DNA from: Eledone cirrhosa
Taxonomy: Eukaryota
DNA length: 64,000 nt
Direction: 5' to 3'
Assembly: GCA_964016885.1 (NCBI GenBank)
Contig: OZ024740.1
Coordinates: 183,520,001 to 183,584,000 of the forward strand
The translations under genes were made by a program, and so were the position numbers. Below are positions 51,020 through 64,000 of the stretch, piece after piece (the stretch's first letter is position 1; every line of letters starts with the position of its first letter). The notes beneath the pieces are model-generated. The model did not search any database and was not told the origin of the DNA. It worked only from the letters and a program-made list of their open reading frames with translations.

Positions 51020-52629
51020 GGTGTGTGTGTAATGATTTATTGGTCTCTGTCATTGGACAACAGCAATGATAGTGGGCATCGTTGAAGGCTTTTAATCATT
51101 ATTGGATCCTAGTGATTGTTTCTGTCTGACACATATTGTATTGATCTTTATTTTATCAAGTTGATAAGCTAAATAGTTGACATAAAGGGACATAACTCAA
51201 CACATCTGTTTAATATGAGGATCATCATTCACACACACATTATTCCTAAAGTACTGTATTATATAAGTAAACGTTTAAGATTTTTAAATTCGGATTAATA
51301 CGTTAGTAGATTAAAGTGATCAATGTGATCATGTGATCAATGGAGTATTTTGTAAGAAGGTTAATGACAATATCTCACTTTGATTAGTAGATGACCAAAC
51401 ATTTGAAGAAACGTCAATTTATTGTTGTTTTTCTCTATCAGTACATGACTGGTACAGATTTACAAATCAAATTGACAGAACTAAATACTTATAGTCATCA
51501 TGCTGCCGCTCTTTAAACCACAGCTCAGCCTTAATTGATCAGACATATGACATGTGGATAACCAATGATTGCTGTTGTTGTTTAATTCCAATTTCAACCA
51601 GATTGAGCAGACCTATCATCAAGGGTATTCCAGCAGTGACATTCTTGTCTTTTTTTTTGGCGCATGGAACAAGGGATCAAATTATCCTAAGTATCATTCT
51701 CTAATAAAATAGTAGGGTTTGATTTGATGTAGATTTGGCTGCTATATTTAGTGAGTCAAGTGACAATTTAGAGGCTTCTTCATTGACTACTATTTAATCA
51801 GTTAAATGACAAGCATGGAAATAGACTAGACTAGTCAGAATTTTGCCTGATGAACATTTAAAACAGGAAACATTGAATAAGAAGGTACTGTGTGCATTTT
51901 GTCTGGGTGAAAATAGTGATAGAAGGTTATGATACCAGTGATCATGAATGCTTTAATTCATTATTGCCCTGATGTCAGTGATAACAACACAAACATCATT
52001 CATGATGAATAGCAATTGAGATGAAACATATTTTACATTCCTAATTAAACAATTGTTGAAGCTGCTTATTGTGATCATTTTAAGACAGACCATCTCCTAT
52101 AACAATAACTGGCCAGTGACATTTAGTAAATAATGAGATTAGAAGCTGTTAAGTTTGATAACAACAACAATAACATCAATGGTTTTAATATGTGGCTTCC
52201 ACTATGGTAGGGCCTCAAAATGTAATATAGTGAATTGAAAATCCTTGATTAATTGAGATTATCTATGCAACTATTGAATTAATACTCCCTCAGGAGTGTT
52301 TAAAAACCTTAAATCAACTCACAAGTACTAGATCTGAAATGAAGTGAATATATATATCCCAATAGTTAAGTTAGTGCTATTATTTAACACAAAAAATACC
52401 AAAAGTTAACCAAAAATAAATCTGATCTGGAGGAAAATCAATATTAGTCAATGGCTGATATTACTTTAATTTTCCAGCAAATATAGGGACAACTCTGGAC
52501 ATGTTTTGGTCTTATTCTGAACTCAGCAGCAAAGCATAATCTTTATCAATGATAGTCTTTTTTCAATAAACTTTATATTGATTAAGTATATCATATATCT
52601 CAACTCATACCAGCATGAAACACAGGGAT

Positions 52630-52812
52630 ATTGAAAAGTAACAATGTTCTGCTTGTTTACTTCCTGAATTCAATTCCTTCTTAGGTCATCGTTACCTTAC
52701 ATTCATCTGGGATTGATAAAATAAAGTACTAGTTATGTACTGAGAATCAGTATAATTGATTTCCAAGTCACCCAGATTTGTGGCCTTTTGCCTTTGTAAG
52801 AAGTTATTATGA
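52630..52812 (+). mobile_element. Old, diverged SINE A-related copy
   Basis: gataaaataaagtactag...ggccttttgcctttgtaagaagttattat. Confidence 0.55.
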
Positions 52813-54239
52813 TCATAATCCTCAACAAACTCATCGCTGGCATTAATAGGCCCCTGATTTTGTTGATGTAATTCTTCCAATAGAAGTTCAATCTAGTAAT
52901 CTGAGTTGCAGTGACAGAATAGCTTAAATGGGGATGTATTCTCAGGTCTTGAAAAATTAAGCAAATGTCCAACTCCAACCCCCCACTTATTCCCTCTCCC
53001 CCTTTTATTTGGAATCCGAGTGTACTTAATTTTTTTAATTTCTGGGAAGTACTTGGGTTTGGGCAAGTTGGGTAAGACTATTAGCATTCCATTTGGTATA
53101 TGTTTCCACACTGAACTGCTGTTCCATCATCATCATTATTAACACTATTGACAACATCATTGTCAGCAATAAAATTACACCCATTATTTAATGATTTCTT
53201 ACTCCACCTTAAGGCCAAACATTCAAAGAGAAATGTATAAGCTCATTGAATTGAATCAATCCTGCCATAAGATTGGTATTTATTTTATCAAAATCATAGA
53301 GAGGCCAATCAATGTTTAAACTGTAAACTGTAAGCTTTAGAGTTTTAAATCCTAGTGGATTTTTAGTTCAGAGTTTAGAAGGATAAACTAAATACTCGTT
53401 AGCTTTCAATCAACTGCTTACGTGTTTCTGCAATTTTCAAAATCTAAAGTCTGGACAATTGATAAAGGATTTCTGATACAAGCCTCAAGTCTTAGATTTA
53501 TAAACTGGAAATGAGAATATTTCTGATGCTCATACTTTTATAAATTGTATTACACTGTGATACAACTAAGATAGTTCTGACAAGAAATCAATACCAGATC
53601 ACTGACATCGTTTGTTTAGAACTTACAACAGCTGTAATTTTGGCAGAAAGTTCTCAGGGAAAACCACTACCTGTACATCAAACAATAATGGAACACTCAC
53701 AAAACTGCATCTTCCTTAAACAAATATCTTATTTATTAAGTCTTGAATATTTATTAATCAGAATTCAATGAGTAAAAGATGGTTGGAACATAACAATCAG
53801 ATGCTTGCATTTGTAGATTTATTCTTGAATTAAGTGAAAAGTCCTCAGAGCAATATTTCCAATGAACTAGAATCTTCACAAAGACTTTCGCTGATTAATT
53901 TAGTCAAGGATAGAGAACTTCTCAGAAGTTCCTCAAATTTCTTTATCAAATCTCAGTATTACCTGCTGATTACATTATTCTAGTTTAGACAAGATGACGG
54001 AATACAATAATTTCTTAGTTATTCAATGAAATCTATTTTCTATTCTTCAAAGATATCCCGCGATGAAAAGGAAGTTTATGTGAGCAAATCTAATATAAAA
54101 TATTTTCAAAGATTCAGTTCTGTATAACTGAATAATTCGAATTTAGTAAATAAATATTTATCACTGCCAATTTCATTTGAGAAACTAAAATTCTCTTGAC
54201 TAAAATTTCGTAATATATTTCAGTTCACAGGAAGCAATG

Positions 54240-54709
54240 AATTTTTTTTTTTTTTCAAATTACTTTAAATTGACACCTTCTTCTGAATAAATGTATAACA
54301 AAAAAGTTCAAATAATTATTTTCTCAGGTATCTAAGTTGTTTTGCTGCTTTATATTCTCATTGTTAATTGAAATGATAAGTGTAATTTTAAGAATATAAA
54401 ATGCACATTTTATATAAGATGCATCTATGATTTTTACAAAATATTTTCAGAACAATCTCATACTCAAAACTTCATATGTAGGTTTTGAGTATGAGATTGT
54501 TCTGAAAATATTTTGTAAAAATCATAGATGCATCTTATATAAAATGTGCATTTTATATTCTTAAAATTACACTTATCATTTCAATTAACAATGAGAATAT
54601 AAAGCAGCAAAACAACTTAGATACCTGAGAAAATAATTATTTGAACTCTTTTGTTATACATTTATTCAGAAGAAGGTGTCAATTTAAAGTAATTTGAAAA
54701 AAAAAAATT
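54240..54709. repeat. Long near-perfect palindrome (about 230-bp arms, 11-bp spacer)
   Basis: 54240-54470 is the reverse complement of 54482-54709. Confidence 0.95.
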
Positions 54710-56393
54710 AAATGCACATGGACAAAAAAAAATAAAATAAAAATAATGCAAATTATTTATTGTTCTCAAACAAATACCATGAACTATCCATGTAATAATA
54801 TATGTATGCAAAAAGTAAACAGAAATAACAAAGCAAACGGCACAGTACAAAGATAAAATATATTAGTTTAATGCTGGATATAGTACGAAATGGGTCTTAA
54901 TGTTTCAGATATTAGTCCTCTATCAGAAGATGTAATGAGAAATAAAAGATAGAGAGTGAGAAGAGGAAGAATTGGAAAAAACATTTTTGAGACAAAAATA
55001 TGTGTGTATTCAGTCAGCACCATCCATTATGACAGTTTTACCATGTTCCCCCTTCATACGACAAATGTTGATACACTACTATGTAGACTGTAACTACACT
55101 GAGAAAGGCCAATGAGGGATCTGTTAGATGCATGAATGGCAGCCTGTGATTGCATAGGATAGATGTGAGCTCCATTAGACATTGAGGGCAATTCACTTAG
55201 GAGGGCAGGAATGATTGCATAAAGCAGATGTGGACACTCTAAACCATAGTGAAGGCAACACACCCAGGAAAGCAGACACTGACTAAAAACTGATATAAGA
55301 TGAAGAAGACTCTTCAGTCCAGTAAGATAACCTTTCTGTTTCTGGTGGAACGAATAATGTACCTAGGCCTTGCTATAAGGCAGTTGGTGATATGACTGGC
55401 AAACCTGCCAAAATTATGGAAAGCACAATAATAATTGCATCTACAGGTCTCACACTCATCAAATTATTGCTGCACAGGTTAGTGGGGTGGCTTGAATAGC
55501 GATATGCGAGAACCCTGTGGTCATCATCAAGCAATCACACAAACTTTTCCTTTCCAGATTCAAAGACGCACTACTCAAGTATTTAATTACTGTGACGTAA
55601 TACCCCTCAAGGCTGCCAGTGTCAATGTTGGCATTCTGAAAAGTAGACCAGGAAAATTGTGCATAATAACAGCTGACACCACAGGAATGCATATAACAGT
55701 TTTTTTACCTAATAAAATGAATTATGGAAGACTTGTCTTCAGAGTCATTATTATTTGTTTATTTATACATATTTATATATGTGTGTGTCTGTGTGTATAT
55801 ATAATCACTATCACTTAATGTCCATTCCTCCAGATATATATATATACATACATACACACATAAATACACACATACATAGCTATGTATATGCATATACATA
55901 GTTATGCATATACAAATATATGCATATATTTAAACATAGACCTCGAAAACACGAAACAAGCAAGCGATAAAGTAAATAGAAAAATAAATATATACAAATT
56001 TTTCTAAAAATGTTTTGTCGAAATCTAAAAAGAAAAATAACAAAACAAAAACCAATAGAAAATAAATGGTGAAACAAAAAAGAAAGGCCGTATGAAAGAG
56101 AAAAAAATCATAAATACTATTTAGCAAGATATTTGGTTAAACTTAACTAAGAAATAATTTTGAACTTTCTGTAAACTTACCTAATCCCTATAGTATAGAA
56201 TTCCAAAATATTATTCACATAACCATTATTGGTCTTGTAAGCCATTATTAGTAAGTATAATTTTATATCCTGAAGCAGATCTTTTCATTTTGCTTTGCTT
56301 TTTTAGTAATTGTGTTTATTTTTGTCATTTTTTTTGTGTGTTTGGAAGAGACATATATATGTGTGTGTATGTACACACACAAATGTGTGTATG

Positions 56394-56427
<34 letters not shown>

Positions 56428-56711
56428 AACGTGTGTGTGTGTATGTGTGAGTATATATATATATATATATATATGTACAGAGAGAAAGAGAGATGGAGAG
56501 ATAATGAGGTTACTGAATTGATTCACTGACAATTGTGAGATAATATTCAACTAACTGTCAATTCAAATTTACAAGGCATGCTTTAAAACTTTATTATTGA
56601 TTGGCAGGAAAACTTTCAACTTATATATATACAATGATGTATTTAATTATTTTTTATTTTTATATTATGTTTGTAATGTCACTAATGTTACAATGCACAT
56701 ACAAACACATA

Positions 56712-56749
<38 letters not shown>

Positions 56750-56752
<3 letters not shown>

Positions 56753-57004
56753 AAAACGAAAAATCAATGATGTATCTGAACTCAATTTATTGTGTGTTAC
56801 AATTGTTTCGCCGGCAGACTGCTCGAGATACGATCATTGTGTGGATCAGGTCTGATTCTGGATCTGCAGGTTCGACGGATAAGTCTAATGATTCCGGAAT
56901 CAGACAGATCCACACAATGATCGTGTCTCGAAATGTCTGCCGGTGAAACAATTGTAACACACAATAAATTGAGTTCAGATGCATCACTGATTTTTCGTTT
57001 TATA
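56750..57004. repeat. Imperfect palindrome (about 120-bp arms) next to (TA)n
   Basis: tataaaacgaaaaatc...gatttttcgttttata. Confidence 0.9.
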
Positions 57005-57075
57005 TTACATAGAGTGCTCAACCAGCATACCGGTTATGGAAGCATATTAGCTACCATCAGGCACACATATTTATC

Positions 57076-57184
<109 letters not shown>

Positions 57185-57195
57185 GTATATCTCCC

Positions 57196-57241
<46 letters not shown>

Positions 57242-57357
57242 TTCGTTCCTCAGAGTCCACTGGTTGATGCCCTAGGCACGCTGTGAATTCCTCTCTACCA
57301 CGTGTGGCTGGACGGTCGCTTTAGATTCTTTTAGTGTTCTCTGAAATGTATAGCCTT

Positions 57358-57440
57358 ACACACGCTGATGAACCATAGGCTAATCATTTCTGTCAACAGA
57401 TTAGTTGGTGAAACAGATCCTGTCGGATTTGAACGTGTGT
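57358..57440 (+). ncRNA. Type I hammerhead with a fully paired stem III and a mutated cleavage triplet
   Basis: ACACACG-CTGATGA-ACCA..CTAATC/GATTAG..TGGT-GAAA-CAGATCC-tgtc-GGATTTG-AA-CGTGTGT. Confidence 0.7.
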
Positions 57441-57721
57441 GTTAGATAGTTATCAAGGTACGTATTTGCACTTTGATTTATACTTTAATTATTGTGTCTA
57501 CTTTGCCTTCCATGGGCTCTAGATTCCATACACTGGTGGTTTTTCCATGTTTGACTGATGGCGCCGCATCTCTCTCCCTGGTGTGTTATCTTCTCTACAT
57601 ATTGTATTATAAGGGGCTCGGGATTCCTTCTACTTTGAGCACATTAATGACAGGGAACAGCGAGAGTCTGTGACTCCGTTAATTTATTGTGATATATATC
57701 TATATATATATATATATATAT

Positions 57722-59891
57722 ATATTGTTATACTTGGGGAGGGTCGTATTTGTGTAATATTGCCAGAATTAATAACAGAACACACTCACTGTTTTGTTGG
57801 TTTTCGCTTCTCGCTGTCTTTTATATCGGTAATCGAAATTACTCGGTCCTCAATGTTGCCATTGACTGACCGACGATCAAAAATAATACAGATACAATAT
57901 AGACACAAACACATATATATATAGTTTATCATAAATCTTTCGTTGCACATCTGCAACATCGTCAGTGGTGTTATATTTTCCTCCTGTTGTGTTGTATGTC
58001 TACGCCATTTTTATTCAGTCTGTCTATATATTTATTTATTTATTTGCTTGTTTGTTTATTTTATTTCGTCTTCTTTGCGCATGCGTTTGCGTGTGTGTAT
58101 AGTGTTATGTTTGCTGTGTGATGGGTGACTAGTGTGTGTTTATGTGCATGTTGTTATTGTGCTTGTGTATGTATTTATTTATTTATTTATCTTATTTTAT
58201 TTACTTATTTATACTTCTCTTAGGTCAGTGTTGTTTGTTTGGGTGTTGTTGTTAATCCATTCATTCTTTCTGTTTAATCTTGGTCTTCTAAGTTCTATTT
58301 CACTGGCCTCTCTGATTTGCCTATCTGCTGGGTCATTTCTATGTTTAGATATTATTCTAATTTCTATGTTGTCTATGTTACCGTCATGTTGTTGTCTGGC
58401 ATATTCGTATAGTACTGACCCGTTTTTTCGTCCTTTTAGTTCCCCCCAGTGTTGGTCTATCCTTTCACCTATGCTACGAGCTGTCTCACCTATGTATGTT
58501 GTTGTCATGTTTCTGCAAGTACCCTCTGTACATCTTATGCTATAGACTACGTTTCTAGTTTTACAGTTTATCCGGGGGTTCACCTTACATATGATACATT
58601 TCCTATTGGTACAGTGGATTTTCTTAAAAGGGTAGGTTTTGCTGATCAGGGATTTTATGGTGGTTCCTGGCTTTTCTACCACCTTTATTTTTAAGTGGGT
58701 CTTTCTCAGGGTTTTTCTACACTGGTTAGCTAATTTCCGTCCAAGGGTGGCGTCCACAAACATGACACTCTGGTATCTCTGGTTGTCATACCATGAGGTG
58801 GCTTTCCCTATCTTATGTCTAGCCCTATCTAAACTATTCCATGATTTGCTCCTGTATAATGGGCACATTCCTTTCATGTCCAGTTCTATGAGGGTCTTAT
58901 ACTTTTCCATGGCTCCTTCGTATACTCTGACTCTGTCCCTTTGGTTGTAGCCAGAGAACTGCATGCGGTTAATGAAGTGTTGGATGTGTCTTTCCATTTC
59001 TGTTGGGTCGCACATGCGGGACACATTCTTCATCACTCGTACCAAATCTGCGATCAGAATATTAAACTTAGCACTACTGGACATTGCTGAGTTTTTGAGT
59101 ATCAGGTATTTGGAGGCCATGGGTTTAGCATAGTGTGACTGGAGAATTTGGGCTCTCTCGTCTATAGTGTTAATCCAGAGTTCTGTGTCTAATACAGGTA
59201 GTCTAGTGTTAGGGTGTTTGGAAGGGAAGTCGATAGTTACAGTTATACTCTGGTGTATGGAATTAGCTATCTGCTGGATGCTTTCCATCGTGCTACGTTC
59301 TAAATCAAACTTGTTAGTGCTCTCTAGTGGGGGTGTTCTTATAACTATATTGATATCGTCTACATAACGAGTGTACATGATGAGGTCTATGGAGCTTTCA
59401 TTAAGGAGATCTTTAAGTCTCCTTCCCACCATACCATGAAAAGGTTGCCAACATCACCAGCTATGCTGACGCCGATGGCTGCTCCCTCATTTTGGGTGTA
59501 GATTTTCTCGTTGAACTTAAATATGTGGCCCTTAAGGGTAGTTTTGATACTAGCCCCTATTGCATGTGCGACCATTTTTCTTACCTGATCATTCTTTTGC
59601 GGGGTCCGTATAGCTTTGGTCCACCCAATACGCCTTTCCATGGGATTACTTTTTGCCATTGAGGTTATGGTGGGGGCTACCTCTTATAGGTCTACTAGGG
59701 CAGAAACATCTAAGGTCATGGCTGTCTAGGCAGTCAGTGTCGTAGGTAAGTCTAAGTAGGAGGCCCAGTTCGTCTGTGTCGACGTCGCAGAACTCCACCT
59801 CACTCTCAATGATCATCTCCACACATCTTTTCACAGCAAAATCAATGTTAATGGATGGGTACAGTGACACCACAAAACTAATTCATCGCCG

Positions 59892-59892
<1 letters not shown>
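57722..59892 (-). mobile_element. PLE copy (GAAIG/YVDD lineage, diverged sister family), 5'-truncated
   Basis: ORFs 59646-59873, 59387-59659 and 58209-59432 (RYVDD, VLDTELW, VVYSIRC..YIGET). Confidence 0.92.
57927..57970 (-). ncRNA. Hammerhead ribozyme in pLTR
   Basis: acCA-CTGACGA-t-GTTGCA-gatg-TGCAAC-GAAA-gatt-TA-TGat. Confidence 0.72.
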
Positions 59893-59920
<28 letters not shown>

Positions 59921-59923
<3 letters not shown>

Positions 59924-61900
59924 CGTTTCTGAATTTGTTTAGCAAGATTCTTTATCTGAAATCGTGTGTTGAAACCGATATTGTTATACTTTGGGAGGGT
60001 CATGTTGCCAATAAGAAACACACGCACCAGTTGCTTTCACTTCAATTTATTATATATTTATAAATTTATAAATTTACAAATTTACAAACCCTTAAGGAAC
60101 ATATGTTCAAATTTAATGGTAAAACATATGCCCAAGAGGAAGGTGCAGCCATTGGTGTTAGCATTGCAGGCGACATAGCTAACTTATTCATGGTATGGTG
60201 GGACAGTAGACTTAAACAAAAACTTAATGAACAATTAGAAGACAGCTTAACCCTGATAATGTACTCCCGCTACGTAGATGATATAAACATCGTAGTTAAG
60301 ACACCCCCACTAAAGAACAGTCAGGAACTAGAGAAAAACACAATGGAAAGCATCCAGCAAATAACAAACTCCATCTACCAGAGCATTAGAGTTACTATAG
60401 ACTACCCAAGTAAAGACCCCAACCATCGATTACCTGTACTAGACACAGAGCTCTGGTTAGATACCATTAACAACCAAAAACAAATCCTCCATTCCCATTA
60501 TGCCAAACCCATGACTTCCAAACATCTGATCCACCGAAACTCGGCCATTTCGGACCATACCAAAATCAACATACTGATTGCGGATTTGGTACGGGTGATG
60601 AGAAATGTGTCCCGCATGTGCAACCCCGAAGAACTAGAGAGACACATACAACACTTCATCCACCGTATGCAGTTCTCTGGCTACAATCAGAGAGATAGAA
60701 TCAGAGTGTATAAAGGAGCCAGAACCAAATGGGAAAAAATGGTAAATAATGACATAAATGGGACCTGCCCCTTGTATAGGAGCAAATTTTGGAATAGAAT
60801 AGAAAGAACTAGGAACAAGGCCAATAGAATAAACTCATGGTATGATAGCAATAAATACCAGAGTGTAATGTTCATCGATACAACCCCTAGAGGCGAACTA
60901 GCCTACAAATTTAGAAGGGCCCTAAATAAACATAATCTCAATATTAAGATAGTAGAAAGACCTGGTACCTCCGTAAAAACACTTATTAGCAAGACATACC
61001 CGTTCCAAAGACCCTGATGTATAGATAAGAAATGTATAACCTGTAAAATAAGCCCCCATATTAACTGTAAAACTAGAAATGTAGTGTATAGCATAAGATG
61101 TACTGAAGGACAATGTAAAAACAAAAATATAATGTACATAGGTGAGACAGCTCGTAGTATAGGGGAACGAATAAATGAACACTGGCGAGACCTTCAAGAT
61201 AATAAAGAATCATCTGTGCTCTACCAACATGCTAAGATAGAACACAGGGGTAGATTAGAGAGCATAGAAATAAAAATAGAATCCACACACAGAAAAGACG
61301 CAATGTTTAGGCAAATTACAGAGGCAGTAAACATAAAAGAATTAAAACCAAAATTAAATAGAAAATATGAGTGGAACAGCAACATCACAACTTACAATTA
61401 AGGACAAAATGAAAACACACACACACATAGAACAAACAACTTACAATTAAGGACAAAATGAAAACACACACAAAATGAAAACACCCACAGGACAAAATGA
61501 AAACACACACACACATAGAACAAACAACCAACCAACAATAAATAATAAATAAATAAACAAATAGAAAAATGAACACAAACACACACAGACACCCGGATGT
61601 GGCGCATGCGCAAACTGAGCACACAATACACACACAGAAACAAAATGGCGTAGGATAGAAGAAAGGAAAGGCACAGAAACGAAGAAAGGAATCCCCAGTC
61701 ACTGAAGAGGTCACAGAGTGTGTGACGAAAGGACTATGACTATATATAAACAACTATCTGGTTGTGGAACCAACCAACCAGAAATTTATAGGTTTGTAAA
61801 TTTGTAAATTTATAAATTTATAAATATATAATAAATTGAAGTGAAAGCAACTGGTGCGTGTGTTTCTTATTGGCAACATGACCCTCCCAAAGTATAACAA
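59921..61900 (+). mobile_element. PLE copy (same family as 10073-12265), 5'-truncated, with an inverted pLTR tail at 59921-60088
   Basis: ORFs 60103-61017 and 61084-61401 are in frame across one TGA; 3' UTR with hammerhead. Confidence 0.92.
61697..61741 (+). ncRNA. Type I hammerhead ribozyme
   Basis: AGTCA-CTGAAGA-g-GTCAC-agagtgt-GTGAC-GAAA-gga-CTA-TGACT. Confidence 0.82.
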
Positions 61901-61920
61901 TATATATATATATATATATA

Positions 61921-64000
61921 GTAATAATAATAAAATTGAAGACTAAAATCCAGAGAGGGCTCGATAAGGAAAATATATATCAAATATATAAGAACCGAAG
62001 AGCAAATATTTATTAAAATAACAGATTAAAGTTTAAGCAAAGAATCGCTGCTTTCACCCTTAACGGGATCTTCTGAAACTAACAAAGTCAATCTGTAAAC
62101 GCAGAGCTGGATATTTCAAAAAACGTTGCAACCGGAGGAAGACAGGAAGACGATACTTTGGTTCATGGTGACGTTCGCTGGCAAAGAACGGGAAACAACG
62201 AATAATACGTCATTAATAGGAGCGGTGAAAGACAATTACGTGCAAGGACAAAACCACGTTTATGGTATAAAAGAGGTCGTAGACTAATGTTCTCTAAATG
62301 GTGCATAGAGACGTTCTCTGGCAATGAACGAAAAAACGAAGATAATAAGTCATATGTGGAGCGTGTAGAACAATAGCGTGCAAAGACAAAACCACGTAAA
62401 TGGTATAGCAGAAGTCGTAGACTAAAATTCTAACTAGGAGACCGAATGAATCTCCGCTACAGAGTTAAAAACAAGGTAAATAAATACAATACAGAAGTAA
62501 TAGGAACAAATAAATACATACACGCAAACAGATACGTACATACACAAGCATACGCAAAACCTTACCATAGGTATACAAAACCACGCACATATAAATATGT
62601 GTATGTGTGTATGCTTGTGTACAAATAAATAAATAATTATATAAACGTATATAAGTAAATAAATACGTATATAACAAGCGCACACACATACCTACAAATA
62701 AATACATGAAGGTTCGGAGACGTAAGTCAACTAAAACAAGAAGTACGCATAAACACACACCCACCATACGTACGAACCTGCATACTCACGCAGACGCAAA
62801 ACTCCCATATACACATAACCAAGCCCTAAATACCAGAATATGTAAAAATTATACGCCAAAACAGTCAAATATACGTACGAGAAGGTATACATACCTTCAC
62901 AAAACATACGGGTAATATATACTTACCTATGCAAATAAGTAAAAGAATAAACAAAACATACACTTAGCTCCCACATCAAGACGTAAATATCCACGTATAG
63001 ATCGTGCTATCCGTTAGGGTATAACGTAGGGCTGTAATACAGGAAAGTTTTGTGCAATTTATGTTTACAAGCCGAAATTGCCTCAGATTTTTTGTTTAAG
63101 ATGTGGTCTGTGGCGTAGAGTATTTCCAGGGCCTCAGCGGCGCAGAGGTCACATGGTCTTTTATTTCCATTATACGATCTAGCCCTAGCTAGGATCTCCC
63201 AGTGTAACTTATATTGGGTGTGGTTGTCTTTTAGACTCCAGATATAAGCTGAAACTGACGTCATATTCCTTCTTAGAGGGTAACGAAAAGAATGGGTATG
63301 CATGTAAAGACGCTGCTTGAAACTATTGGCGGTTAACCCTATGTAGGCCCTACGGGACGTGGGTGTTACAACCTTACATTTGTAGACAATGTTACTAGAG
63401 AGGCATTTCCCGGATAGGGGACAATCAGCCCGATTCCCACAATTACAGTTAGTACTAACTACAGGGTTACACGTGTTACTACGGCTAGGTATTTTAGCTA
63501 AATTTGAAGCTGTGATGTTATGTGCAAGGTTAGGAGTCGTTGAGTAAGAAATTTTAATAGTGTTTCTATTAAAAATTTTACTATGTTTATGTGTAGGGGG
63601 AAATGCTTCGTAATAAGGGAAAGAAAGATCTTAGCTAATGGTGTGGCCACCTCCATATTATATGGTGGGTTAAACCAACAAATGCGACGGGAGCTATTTC
63701 TTCTAGGTCTATTCTCGTACTCTGTATATGCTACCTTATCGACAAATCCACTTCGAGCAAGAGCTTCATTGTAATAAGTGGAATGGTCGTTGAAAATGCG
63801 CTCGTTGGTGGAAAGACGGGAAAGCCTCAACGAAACGTTTTTTACCAGGTTCTTGGTTATGCTGGCAGGATGGTTGGAATGCTTACTTATGTAATTAAGC
63901 GTATCATTCGGCTTTCTATACGGGTAATGCAACCCATTCAATAAATTGAGGGTAACGTCGAGGTAATTAACGACCGAGAGATTGGCCTCAACCTGTATAG
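61921..64000 (-). mobile_element. Naiad-like PLE 3' part (RT thumb, GIY-YIG, 3' UTR), continuing beyond the window
   Basis: NYLDVTL, PYRKPN..SNHP, WFNPPY, CPLSGKC..IVYKC..YIGLT, CDLC..E, SACKH. Confidence 0.9.

Noticed and set aside
51847-51880. CTGATGA...GAAAC hammerhead-like spacing
   Set aside because: No convincing stem I or stem II.
53627-53670. Possible 44-nt minus-strand host exon (cag|...|gtaagt)
   Set aside because: Too short, with no recognisable homology or partner exons; it would need RNA-seq.
55459-55818. ORFs in the unique-looking region as a host gene
   Set aside because: No recognisable domain or consistent exon structure.
61015-61017. In-frame TGA as possible selenocysteine (reported for some Naiad PLEs)
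   Set aside because: It aligns with His rather than Cys in the sister element; the conserved Cys positions I checked in the Naiad-like copies use normal codons.

Overview
This is AT-rich, (TA)n/(CA)n microsatellite-dense eukaryotic DNA made almost entirely of nested transposable elements. The SINE repertoire suggests an octopus/cephalopod (inference). I found no convincing host gene. Contents: at least 8 Penelope-like element (PLE) copies or fragments of several lineages, most with inverted 5' pLTR pieces; one Gypsy LTR element with no tRNA primer-binding site; a decayed autonomous Helitron plus non-autonomous derivatives; several RTE-type LINEs; tRNA-derived SINEs; MITEs; and a 27-bp minisatellite. 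The main signal is hammerhead ribozymes: 15 motifs with a canonical CUGANGA...GAAA core and about 5 variant or degenerate ones, all read by eye. Six of them lie in a near-identical, non-coding ~550-560 bp tandem repeat arranged as two diverging arrays (5827-9207), which looks like a young retrozyme (a circular-RNA-producing non-autonomous retroelement). Coordinates were read manually and may be off by a few bases.
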